Source of the DNA: Alloascoidea hylecoeti | Taxonomy: Eukaryota | Length of the DNA stretch: 64,000 nucleotides | NCBI GenBank assembly: GCA_001600815.1 | Contig: BCKZ01000016.1 | Location: 485,077-549,076, forward strand | Direction of reading: 5' to 3' | Translations under genes and position numbers: made by a program | Shown: piece after piece, positions 24,412 to 34,789 of the stretch | Position numbering within the stretch: the first letter of the stretch is position 1 | How the letters are laid out: each line of letters begins with the position of its first letter | The notes under the pieces: model-generated | The model's input: the letters and a program-made list of their open reading frames with translations, nothing else | What the model was told of the DNA's origin: nothing | The model's database searches: none

Positions 24412-25779
24412 TTAAAATAGCCACAAACCTCCACCCAAATCGTTCAGAGCATCACCAAGGTCAATTACATCATCACTTTTAATATTCCAGTTTAGTGTGC
24501 GACTAATCCTCACAGTCCTTAATTTAGTAAGTCTTTCCTCCATCAAAGGAATCAAAATATCATCTGGATGCAAAACCGATTGATCTAACATGATCATACC
24601 ACTCGCATCGATACTTAAAGTTTCAAGTGGGTGTGGTCTACCGTTATGATGAATGTTATTTAAAGGAGGTACAATGTTATTTTCATCGTCACGATCACTT
24701 TCATTTGAATCTTCATTAGGATTCTTTGAAGATGTGTGTAAATATATTTCTGAGAACATATCACTTGTAAAATAATCACAACTAATGGATAAATGTGTCA
24801 AGTTTGGACATAAAGCCAAAACACTATCCAAGGAATTTGAATGAAGCTTTAAAAGTGGAGATTTGATACTCAAATGAGTCAATACCGGTCCTAAACGACG
24901 GCATAATGACCTAACAGCGGCCCCGGATAAGAAAGGACAATGAGCAACTTCTAAACTTTTAATTGTTAATGGGAATTGCGTATTCTTGATGAATTCATCT
25001 GAAATACCACCAGCTAAACGTAAATGAGATAAATTTGGAGGCCATAAATTATCATAATCAACACAAGAAACAGAAGACCTCGGAAATGATAAACTTTTTA
25101 AATATTTAGCCCCTTTAATAGCTTGAAATAACTGTTGTAGATCAACTTGTTCGGAAACTAAACTCAAATCCAATTTTTTAATTCTTTTGCATTGTCTTAA
25201 ACTGACTAATGGAGAATAACCAAAACTGCGTTGAGGCGCAACAAAAACTTCCAAATTTTTCGAACATCTGCGTAAAAGTTTAGCGGTGAAAGAATTTTTA
25301 CCACTGTGAACGATTTGGCTTAAATCTAAAATAGTGACCAAAGAACCTAGATTTCGTTTACGACCTTCAGTGGAAGCCATAGTCCTAATAAACACTTCAA
25401 AATTACTCGAATTCAAGAGAGGACATGAATAAAGATAAGGCATAGCGATATTATAAAACGTTTTATTCACAAGTAGAATATTCGGGTCAAAAGGTTTAGG
25501 CAAGAACGAGAAGATAATATCAATAATCTCAGGTGGTAAATGGACACCACCTATATCACACTCAGTATATACACAAGGACCAAGCATGGCATTCTGAGAC
25601 TTGTTTTTAACATTATCTAAGATTTGGTTTTGATTTTTACTAGAGGAGGCCAATTTCTCCTCGGCCAATACATTTATCTTGTCGGAATCATCTTCATCTT
25701 CCATGTTAGATTTCTGAACAATATAGGTTTTTCTTGATCTTTTGAAAGCATTAGATTTATTGATTTTTGTTTTATTCAT
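24412..25779 (-). CDS. F-box/LRR-like protein, YDR306C (Pfu1)-like
   Basis: F-box start LPPEIIDIIFSFL. Block LLRRCSKNLEVFVAPQRSFGYSPLVSL...LSFPRSS...WPPNL..LRLAGGI matches my recollection of the YDR306C family. Confidence 0.8.
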   Translation of the reverse strand: MNKTKINKSNAFKRSRKTYIVQKSNMEDEDDSDKINVLAEEKLASSSKNQNQILDNVKNKSQNAMLGPCVYTECDIGGVHLPPEIIDIIFSFLPKPFDPNILLVNKTFYNIAMPYLYSCPLLNSSNFEVFIRTMASTEGRKRNLGSLVTILDLSQIVHSGKNSFTAKLLRRCSKNLEVFVAPQRSFGYSPLVSLRQCKRIKKLDLSLVSEQVDLQQLFQAIKGAKYLKSLSFPRSSVSCVDYDNLWPPNLSHLRLAGGISDEFIKNTQFPLTIKSLEVAHCPFLSGAAVRSLCRRLGPVLTHLSIKSPLLKLHSNSLDSVLALCPNLTHLSISCDYFTSDMFSEIYLHTSSKNPNEDSNESDRDDENNIVPPLNNIHHNGRPHPLETLSIDASGMIMLDQSVLHPDDILIPLMEERLTKLRTVRISRTLNWNIKSDDVIDLGDALNDLGGGLWLF

Positions 25780-26697
25780 CTTGAACAGTATATTGATTTA
25801 GTATATATAAAAGTTTGTGGTGGTGTTGAGGTTTATGAAGAGGGAAAAGGAGAAAAGTATATGAGGGTGAGTATTTATATTACAGGCTTGCAGACATCTC
25901 CACATAAAGACTGATTAGCACATCATAAATCGAACGACAACAACGCCCACAAATATTAATTTCTACTGCTTCTATTTTATCCACCGTCATTCAAAACTAC
26001 AATAATGTAAATAAAAGTGTTGATGTAAACACATGAACAAGGAAAAACTTCTTGGACTTTGGGATGTCTTCATGAGAATGCTTCTTCTTGGAAAAAACTT
26101 AAACTTCTCACTTTCCGAAATGTTGATTAAAGTTCATTAATATTATGAAGATCATGATCAGATTCGTTACAATAGTGTGGAGTTTGAATTGAATCCACCT
26201 ATATGATCACATTGAATTCTACAATTATAATAGTTCAGGTAGAAACCATCCACACTGCGACTTAATTGGCTAGACAAGACCGAATGAATGTGAGTATCAA
26301 GTAAACATCGTCGGGGATCCATATAGCTGAAACCTTTCTAAGTTAAATAGTCATACTCAACTGATTGATCAAGATAGGCAACAAAAACAAACATTTATTA
26401 CAAAAACAGATGCAAGGCCATATACACTATACCATATATAATATATTCCGATGACCAAATAAATACAATGATTACACTGAGTGTAATAAAAACGGCATAA
26501 AGTTAGCAAACAATGATAGGCAACGACATATAATCTAACCCTTAAACTTGCTCTTTTGATTTTACAAATGTAAGGGAATGATATATGAATAAATAAGCAT
26601 TTTAATTCACACATCCATAGATGGTATTAACAATAAGATGATAGCAACATATAACATAGTTGAGTTATAATCGGAAGATATTATGAATATGATGAGA

Positions 26698-28176
26698 CTA
26701 TTCTTTCTCGATATTCTCTCCAATCAAATTTTCTGAATTCGGATTATCTGTATAGGGAGTACCATTCAAAATTTCCTGAAATGACATGGATTCCGCTGAT
26801 TGATCATCTAATTGATTTAGTCTAAACTCTACAATTTTCAAAATTGTTGATTTTGAAACTCTTAAAACCATCTTTGGGAACCAAAGTGTAATATCTTGGG
26901 ATAACTTGAAGCACCAAACCCAAAGGTTGAACCATGAAGTAAATAAGTATACCACAGACGACACAAATTTGTTGTTATTAGTAGATTTAATATGACCAGC
27001 GATGATTGCATTCGTAGAACGAGAACCGCTATAAGTATTATAAGAATTTGATCTTTCTTTTTCTTTGAAAGATAATGGAGATGATGTTCCATTAGGAATT
27101 TCCATGTTCTTCAAAGAACCAGATTTAGAAGGAAGAGTTACAATTGGACTCGTATATGATCCAGTTGTTTTCGATAACTGTTTAATCGTTGGACCCATAA
27201 AGATTCCACTCCTTGTTTTTTGAAGTTTCATTGAAACATCATTATATTTCCTACCAAATTCTACTTTTAAAGATTCAATTCTCTTATCCATTTTCTTTGT
27301 GGATTTACCAAGATAATTCAGCTCGGCAGAAGTAATTTTTCTATCTCTTTCATTATTCTCTACAATTGATTGGAATTGAAGTTCAATGTTTGATAGCCTT
27401 GTTGTAATAGAATCCAAATTCTTCTGTAGTTGTATTTGTGTGGGGGATTGAGCCTTATTACATAAAGAGGTCTCAGGTAAAAGAAGATCCAACGATGAGG
27501 TCTGCTGAGTATTTTCATAGATTGCATTTGATAACTGTGAAACCACTCGCCTTCATATATAATATTAGTGATGATGTTTGATTTATAAAGAACAAAGAAC
27601 ATACAAAAACGCCAAACCAAAAAAGGCAAAGAGATTTAAGTTTGAAAGAACAACACTTTTACGCTGTTCTTGGATGATAATCATGTCGCGTGAGATGGTC
27701 AACAGGTAGCCACCGATTATGGGAAGCGCCATACACACAAACAACGATAAAGATTCCAATCTCTTGAGTTTCGCCAGGTTTCTGTGGGCGCGATCTGAAT
27801 CGAATCCTTCAACCCCCATACCATCCAGAGTGATCTCGCCCAGGGACACCTCCTCCAGATGTTCTTGAGATTCTTGGCCGGCTTTATCCTTCTCCTTGTC
27901 ATTGTAGGCGGGGTCGGATTGGCTCTGTGCGTAGAGCAGCTGGGCTGTGTTGAGAAGAGCAAGCACACGAGCACGGCCAGTTTTGATTTCCGAATGCCAC
28001 AGCCAGGGCCATTCCAAACAGAAACGCATCCCGTAGCCGACGATCCCCAGGACCAGGAGGTCTGTGAAGATAAAGGCGGGCGACAGGGGGGACGCCGGGA
28101 ACACGACGGCCAGCAAGCATGGGGCGAGCACCATAGCGATGGGCCAAACAAACGCTTTACCTTGCTGTGAACTCAT
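26698..28176 (-). CDS. Uncharacterised conserved fungal membrane protein with a C-terminal coiled coil, 2 exons
   Basis: Exon 1 28176-27605, a 54-nt intron 27604-27551 (GTATGT..CACTAAT..AAG) and exon 2 27550-26698 join two track ORFs in frame (...FFGLAFL/RVVSQLSN...). Several hydrophobic segments, with motifs TDLLVL..WPWLW and LPIIGGYLL. Confidence 0.7.
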
Positions 28177-28528
28177 TCTGCAGATACGTAGCGTTGAAAG
28201 GAACACTCCTGCGAAAGCAGAATATATACTACCACTTCGGCACCACAATCGCTACATTTCTATCAGTGGCCGGAAGAGCTGTTTCTCTACTCTTATGGGT
28301 GGACTATGCCTGGTACAATATCTTATGGCAACAAATATAAAGAGGAATACATGTAAACTTACTGAAAAGTTAAAGCATAATTATAATAATAAGACTCTGT
28401 TTTGAGCTTATGGCAAAAGTATGCCATAACCACATTTACGCCCCGCCTGCGTACACCTCAGAACACCAACTCGTCTGAAAACTTTTTTTTTCACTTCAAA
28501 CCTTCTCTCGTCAAAACAACTTAGCAAA

Positions 28529-28777
28529 ATGGTTTTAGTTCAAGATTTATTACACCCAACCGCACAGGCTGAAGCCAGAAAGCACAAGCTAAAAACATTA
28601 GTTGCCACCCCACGATCATACTTCATGGACGTCAAGTGCCCAGGATGTCTTAACATTACAACCGTTTTTTCACACGCACAAACCGCAGTCACTTGTGGTG
28701 CTTGCTCTACTGTTTTGTGCCAACCAACAGGTGGTAAAGCTAAACTCACTGAGGGAAGTTCATTCCGAAGAAAGTAA
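28529..28777 (+). CDS. RPS27: 40S ribosomal protein S27 (eS27)
   Basis: [10 protein letters not shown]...FMDVKCPGC...[22 protein letters not shown]. Confidence 0.98.
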   Translation: MVLVQDLLHPTAQAEARKHKLKTLVATPRSYFMDVKCPGCLNITTVFSHAQTAVTCGACSTVLCQPTGGKAKLTEGSSFRRK

Positions 28778-29281
28778 GACCTGGATATTGGTCCGTCCTT
28801 TTTCTCTTGGTTTATTATTCGATATCATCTAGACAGTTTAAATTTATTTTCGAGCATTAGCATTTCTAAAAGAAAATTGGGTTTAAAATCACAAATCTAT
28901 ACTTATCAATTAAGCTCTCACTAAGTGATTTTGGAACACGTCTTTCGTCTTTAGCTTATTTTAATCTTGGAACTATTTATGACGTTACTTTATATTGACT
29001 GAAGGTGGAAAATTTGGATATCTAATCTCTAATTGTATTTTACCATGTTTTGTATAGATTAATTGTAATACAGATACATTTGGTCTCAATCATAATTCGT
29101 AAAGTTATTGTAAGTCTGATGATTCCCTATATTCGGCGGAATCAGGAACGTAAACCAAATTTCAAAGATTTGCCATATCATTGCATGTGACCGCTACACG
29201 TGATAAATATGATGATTCAATATGATGATTCACCATTTCCCTCATTTATTTATATCCTTTTATTCTCCATAATCAAAAATT

Positions 29282-30037
29282 ATGTCTCCAGCAGTTATTC
29301 CATTAGAATCGAATCCACAACTTTTCACTCAATTTGCACAAAAGTTGGGATTATCCCCATTGGTTGAATTCAATGACATCTACTCCTTGACCGATCCTGA
29401 TCTTTTGGCCTTTCTACCCCGTCCCGTTTATTCAATTATCATATTATTCCCAATAACTGAGAATTATGAAAAAAATGAAGCTCAATTTGTCGAGAATCAA
29501 ATTGTTAATGCCTCTCCTGACAATGGCAACAAAAAGCTATTTGATGGTGAAAGTACAAAAGATATTCTATGGTTTAAACAGATTATCAAAAATGCTTGTG
29601 GCATGTATGCTTTATTACATTCATTGGGAAATGGAACTATATCTCAAAAGTTCATCGCTGACGGTTCTACATTATCCAATATTCTACAAAAAGCAAATAA
29701 TACTGGTATTCAAGAAAGGTCTAAATTAGTTTTAGACTTACAGGAAGAACATAATAAAATTGCACAACAAGGAGAAACAGAAGCGCCAAATGCTGAAGAT
29801 GATCTTTCTTTACATTTTATGACATTCACAAAAAATACTGAAAATAGCCACCTGTATGAATTAGATGGTAGGAAACCAGGTCCTGTTGATTTGGGTAAAG
29901 CATCATCATCATCTGATGATATTATTGAGGAAAAAGTGATTCTTGATAGAATTCAACAATTGATTAAATTATCAAGTGATGATACTAATAATAATCTTTT
30001 GTTTTCTGCTATGGCGTTGACACCAGCATTAAGTTAG
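29282..30037 (+). CDS. YUH1: Ubiquitin C-terminal hydrolase (UCH-L3 type)
   Basis: PLESNP, catalytic KQIIKNACG, LHFMTF and LYELDGRK. Confidence 0.94.
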   Translation: MSPAVIPLESNPQLFTQFAQKLGLSPLVEFNDIYSLTDPDLLAFLPRPVYSIIILFPITENYEKNEAQFVENQIVNASPDNGNKKLFDGESTKDILWFKQIIKNACGMYALLHSLGNGTISQKFIADGSTLSNILQKANNTGIQERSKLVLDLQEEHNKIAQQGETEAPNAEDDLSLHFMTFTKNTENSHLYELDGRKPGPVDLGKASSSSDDIIEEKVILDRIQQLIKLSSDDTNNNLLFSAMALTPALS

Positions 30038-30618
30038 TTTTTTTTATCTGTAACATCAATTATTGATGCTTTATCATTATGACTTATGTGCTTATCTAAA
30101 CTATTTAAATGATGAGTGTTACTGTATATGTCACTTATACAAAATATATTCATATTATGAGGACCTATATGTATTTTATTTAGCAGTTAAATAAACTCTT
30201 TAATCCGTTATCTCAATATTCATTGACTATGAGTACAACTGATAGGGTAAGCGTTCCGTGGTTTATAAAATTATCAGAAGCTAGTCTAATTAGATACATG
30301 TAAAGTTTATAGTTATTATTCTAAAATAAACTCTCCATGAGGGTATCTGAAAAACTATCGTTTTGTTGTTTATACGGGTGTTTAAATCCATATTCCAATG
30401 TAGTTATCATGTTAATTATTTTATTACCTATACGAACTTATGGCCTATATTATATTGAATTCGAAGAGTTTTTTTTTTAAACTCTATAATCGAAGGTAAG
30501 AAGACAACAGGAAAGAGAGACAACAGCAAATGAAAATAAAACAAAGAAAAAAAATTAAGAAATCAATATAGTTACGTGTCATAGAAAAAGAAAACTTTCT
30601 GGTGATATCAGATCAATG

Positions 30619-32150
30619 TTATAGTTGGCCTTTAATATCTACTTTCCTAAATGCTTGTTGTCTAACTCTCTCAACATCTGCTATAGCTATTCTAGTATTA
30701 AATTTGAAGTTTATTGTATCTCTAGTTTTGTCATCGCCATCGCCATTGTCAATCTCTTTAGATTTACTATTATCGATTTCCTCCAAATATTTATCCAATT
30801 TTTTATCAGAAAGGAACTTCAAACATTCTTCTTTTGTAAGAAATGCAAGTTCATCATAAATAAAGTTAAAAGAAACCGAATTGCGATAGCTTTTACACAT
30901 TATTTCCAAAGCTTTGATTCTTTCTCGAGGAATGAAGAAGTCCATAACATAATCTCCCATATTTGGTGCATTGTTGTATAATTGAAACAATTTATGATAA
31001 TTATAATTGGATAGGGCAGTATTGACAGCTAATGCATGTTGTACTTCTTCACTAACCAACTCTTCATTATTCATAGAACAAAGCAATTCACTAATATCAG
31101 ATCTGTTTTGGGTGTGAATCAAATAAAGAATTTTATAGGCAAGAAATTCCTTATCATGACCTTTTATACCTTTCTGGTAAAGAGATGACAATTGGCTCTG
31201 ACATTGATTATATTCACCAAGATCGCCCTTTTCAAGGGCAATTCTACCGTGAATTTCATACACTTCAACAGTAAATTCGTTTTGAATTCTTTGTACGGTT
31301 AGATCTTGTCTCATGGATTTAAACTGATCACAAATATAAGAGTAGTTTTGTTCTTCTTTCCATTTTTGTTTTAAAAGTTCTAATGTTTTACGTAAAATGT
31401 TTAATGGACGAACAGTTGCAGGATCAGGGGCTGAAGTAAGTCTAAGATAAGTCTTCTCCAAGTTAGTACACCGACCAATGAATGGTTTGTTAGGATCGTG
31501 GTTTGAATTGTAATCATCTGCTTCAGAGCTAGAATAAGATCCTAAAACGTTGATACGTTCCTGATCAAACCGTCTTTGTCGTTTTTGTTTTTGATCCTCA
31601 TTCACCAATTCTTTGCTATAAATTTCGCTACTTAATAGAACAACGTTAGTAAACATCTAAACAAGGAGTGCAAATTAAGTTACTTACACAGACCTTCTCT
31701 TTTTCAATTTATGTTTGCCTTCCTTTTTAGCCTGATTGGAACTGGTATCAATACGATTAAATAAGCCGGGTTCATTGTTTCTATACGATTCCAAAATAGG
31801 TAGGCTCATTACATTCCAATCGGAAGTCCATATTTTATTATTATCGGATAACTGGGTAATTAATGATTTTAGTTGGGCTTCCATTATTGAAATGTCCTCA
31901 CTTCGGACCGTCTCAAAACATTTTTTCACAAATATTTGTAATTCCGCTGGCCAATCTGCTTTGCTGTTAGATTCGTTTGATTGAGAGCTTCTGCTCATAC
32001 TTCCCGTTTTATGAATATTTAATGTGGTAACTGGCTTGACAGACGTGAATGCTAGAAAATTTGGGGTTAGCCGGCTGGGGAAATATACAAAGGGATTTCA
32101 GAAAAGAAAAAAATCTTACCACTAGAAAAATTTTTCTGATCCTGATTCAT
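30619..32150 (-). CDS. THP3: SAC3/GANP/THP3-family PCI protein (Thp3/LENG8-like), 3 exons
   Basis: Exons 32150-32120, 32051-31688 and 31627-30619. Introns are GTAAGA..GCTAAC..TAG and GTAAGT..TACTAAC..TAG. Motifs LEKTYLRLTSAPDPATVRP, DQFKSMRQDLTVQ, DLGEYNQCQ and terminal VDIKGQL. Confidence 0.88.
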
Positions 32151-32621
32151 AGCGTGATTAGAATATTTTATGGCACGCTGAGGATTTTCCTACAAATATG
32201 TTAGTGTTTTTTTATTGTGGAAGAATGAAAACACAAGTGCGGAAAGTAAAAGGAGTACCGTTCCCGTAAAAGGCGTCCGTCATGTTCCGGGTCACATATA
32301 AATATATTTTAGTAACAGCAAGAATTAATCTTTTTCTGGTCATCTATAAACTACTTACTACTTCTTCAAGCAGTTTAACGTTACTGACCAGCTCTCAGTA
32401 TTATGAATACTTCTGAAAAATCAACCTCCTTTTTAATCGTGTTACAGTTACTGTGCTTGCCAGACTTCCGTGTATCAGTGAATGGACGACTTTAAATAAC
32501 TAGACCGTCCTCATACACTTAATTTTTTCTCTATCTTACTTGATTTTATTGGCATACTTGGGCTCTTTTTATCAAATTTATTGATCATCCTATTTTATAT
32601 TTCATATTTTCTATTCTTACG

Positions 32622-34109
32622 ATGGCTGACATATTTTCATTCGACGATGACTCTGGCAGCAACCATGAAATTCCTTCAACTACCTCTGCTTCTGTCCGCA
32701 TGGGATTTGCAGGTTTGCTTAATCATTTTAAGGATCTCAAAATTGGTAAAAATACTTCCACCGATCATGAGTACGAAGCAAACGAAGTACATGATAAGTT
32801 GTCCGATTTGCCTCAAAGTGACATATTTGCACGGCGAAGATCATCAGTTACTCATGTTTCCCTTCCCAAACTTTCAACACCAATAAATATAGTCCCTTCA
32901 AATGGTTCTACATATGGTATCGACCGCGAATATGACAACCAATACGCCAACACTTTGGACTCACCTTCGAGTGTTAGCTCTAGACTAGAAACATCTTATG
33001 AAATTTCAATAGAGCGTGTTGCTACTCACCCGACTGTTGACGAACCCTATAAACCTTGTCCAAGTGATTTTGAAGAGATTAAAGTTCTTGGATGTGGGGC
33101 CTATGGTAAAGTTTTACTGGTTCGAGAAATATCAACTGGTCGTTTATATGCCCAGAAGCAGTTGAAAAAAGCCTCTATGGTTGTTGCTGCTAAAAATGTC
33201 GAGAGAACTAAAAACGAAAGATTCATTTTAGAGGCAGTGAGACATCATAATATCGTAAAACTTATTTATGCCTTTCAGGATAATGCAAAGGTTTATCTTA
33301 TTCTGGAATACTTAGAAGGTGGTGAGCTATTTACTCATTTGGCACAAACAAGAGCACTCTCTGAAAAAAATGCTAGTTTCTATGTTGCTGAGATGATTTT
33401 AGCATTAGTTCATCTTCATACTAAAATTGGAGTTGTGTATAGGGACTTGAAACCAGAAAACTGCATGTTGGATCGTGAAGGGCATCTTGTTTTAACCGAT
33501 TTCGGTTTAAGCAAGATTGCAGCCGAAGGAGAAAAATGCAATACATTTACTGGTACTGCGCAATACATGGCTCCTGAAATAATTCAAGGGCGTCCGTATG
33601 ACTATGCGGCTGATTGGTGGTCCCTGGGTTGTGTTTGCTTTGATATGATAACTGGCTCTCCTCCATTTCCAGGAAACAATACGAAAAAGATTTGTGAAAA
33701 GATTCTTAAACAGAAGCCAAAATTTCCTTACTACCTTACGGCTGATGCAAAGGATTTACTAATTAGACTTTTGAGAAAGGATCCCAACAAGCGTCTTGGA
33801 GATAAAGATATTGATAAAATCAAGAAACATCGCTTTTTTAGATTTATCGATTGGGATTTATTGGAACATCGTTCTGATAAATTAACGCCCCCTATTATTC
33901 CGGTAATTACAGACCCTGTATTAGCAGAAAACTTTGATTCCGAATTTACTGAAATGTCGCTTTCTCCGGTTACGTCTGTTAGTTCATATGATCATTCTGG
34001 ATCGTGTGCAATTAATATTAAAGGTGAAAAGAAGGATGAAGATATTATGTTTTTTCAAGGATTTTCGTATACTGCAAGTCAAAGTTTCAAAGAGAAACTT
34101 TGTCTGTGA
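32622..34109 (+). CDS. YPK3: AGC kinase, S6K-like (Ypk3 / S. pombe Psk1)
   Basis: GCGAYGKV, AQKQLKKASM, YRDLKPENC, DFG, IPVITDPVLAENF and hydrophobic motif FQGFSY. Confidence 0.88.
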   Translation: MADIFSFDDDSGSNHEIPSTTSASVRMGFAGLLNHFKDLKIGKNTSTDHEYEANEVHDKLSDLPQSDIFARRRSSVTHVSLPKLSTPINIVPSNGSTYGIDREYDNQYANTLDSPSSVSSRLETSYEISIERVATHPTVDEPYKPCPSDFEEIKVLGCGAYGKVLLVREISTGRLYAQKQLKKASMVVAAKNVERTKNERFILEAVRHHNIVKLIYAFQDNAKVYLILEYLEGGELFTHLAQTRALSEKNASFYVAEMILALVHLHTKIGVVYRDLKPENCMLDREGHLVLTDFGLSKIAAEGEKCNTFTGTAQYMAPEIIQGRPYDYAADWWSLGCVCFDMITGSPPFPGNNTKKICEKILKQKPKFPYYLTADAKDLLIRLLRKDPNKRLGDKDIDKIKKHRFFRFIDWDLLEHRSDKLTPPIIPVITDPVLAENFDSEFTEMSLSPVTSVSSYDHSGSCAINIKGEKKDEDIMFFQGFSYTASQSFKEKLCL

Positions 34110-34789
34110 ATAACATATTGGGTTGGTTGGATATTGTTTATGTTTGATTTATTTTTCTATTGGCTACTTAATATATAGATTAATAAAAACACTATTTATA
34201 GTACGTAGCTACTTTATAGAATTCAATATGAATAAATTGTCTTTATTATTATTAATATTAATGTGAAAAATAGAAATTTGACTCGTGGTGAAAGTTGAAA
34301 CCCTAAACTTCTATACGCCTAAAGCTCTTGGACGACCCGGGTTCCTGCTAACTTCTGATAATTGTCGAAAGGTTTTAATTCGAATTTTTTTGGGAACTTC
34401 AGTTTAAGCCGATTTATAAATTTATTGAAGATAATAACCCATTCTCTAACTTAGTTAAGTGCATGCATCTATATTCTGACCACCTGAGAGTTAGAAACAC
34501 ATTGTACACAGCTTGATTTTCAAAAACATCATTTATTTTTCTTTCCCTTCCATCACTTTAGCAGACCTGAACAGAACCTCTCTTTTCGAAAGTCGCATAC
34601 GGCCTCAATAATAGGCCCTTTCCTTAGAACGAGTTAAAACACGGAATACTGAGAGAGGACCTTAGACCTAATTTTAACCTCAGTATTCGTAATTTTGACA
34701 ATTGCATCTGCTCTAGCATTGGTGCTAATCATTGGTATTCATATTCCACTTGGCAACTCGAGACTTTAAATTCATTAACAGATACGAAT

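Noticed and set aside
29207..29233. Duplicated ATATGATGATTCA (C-box-like)
   Set aside because: A short tandem duplication in the YUH1 promoter with no D box or terminal stem.
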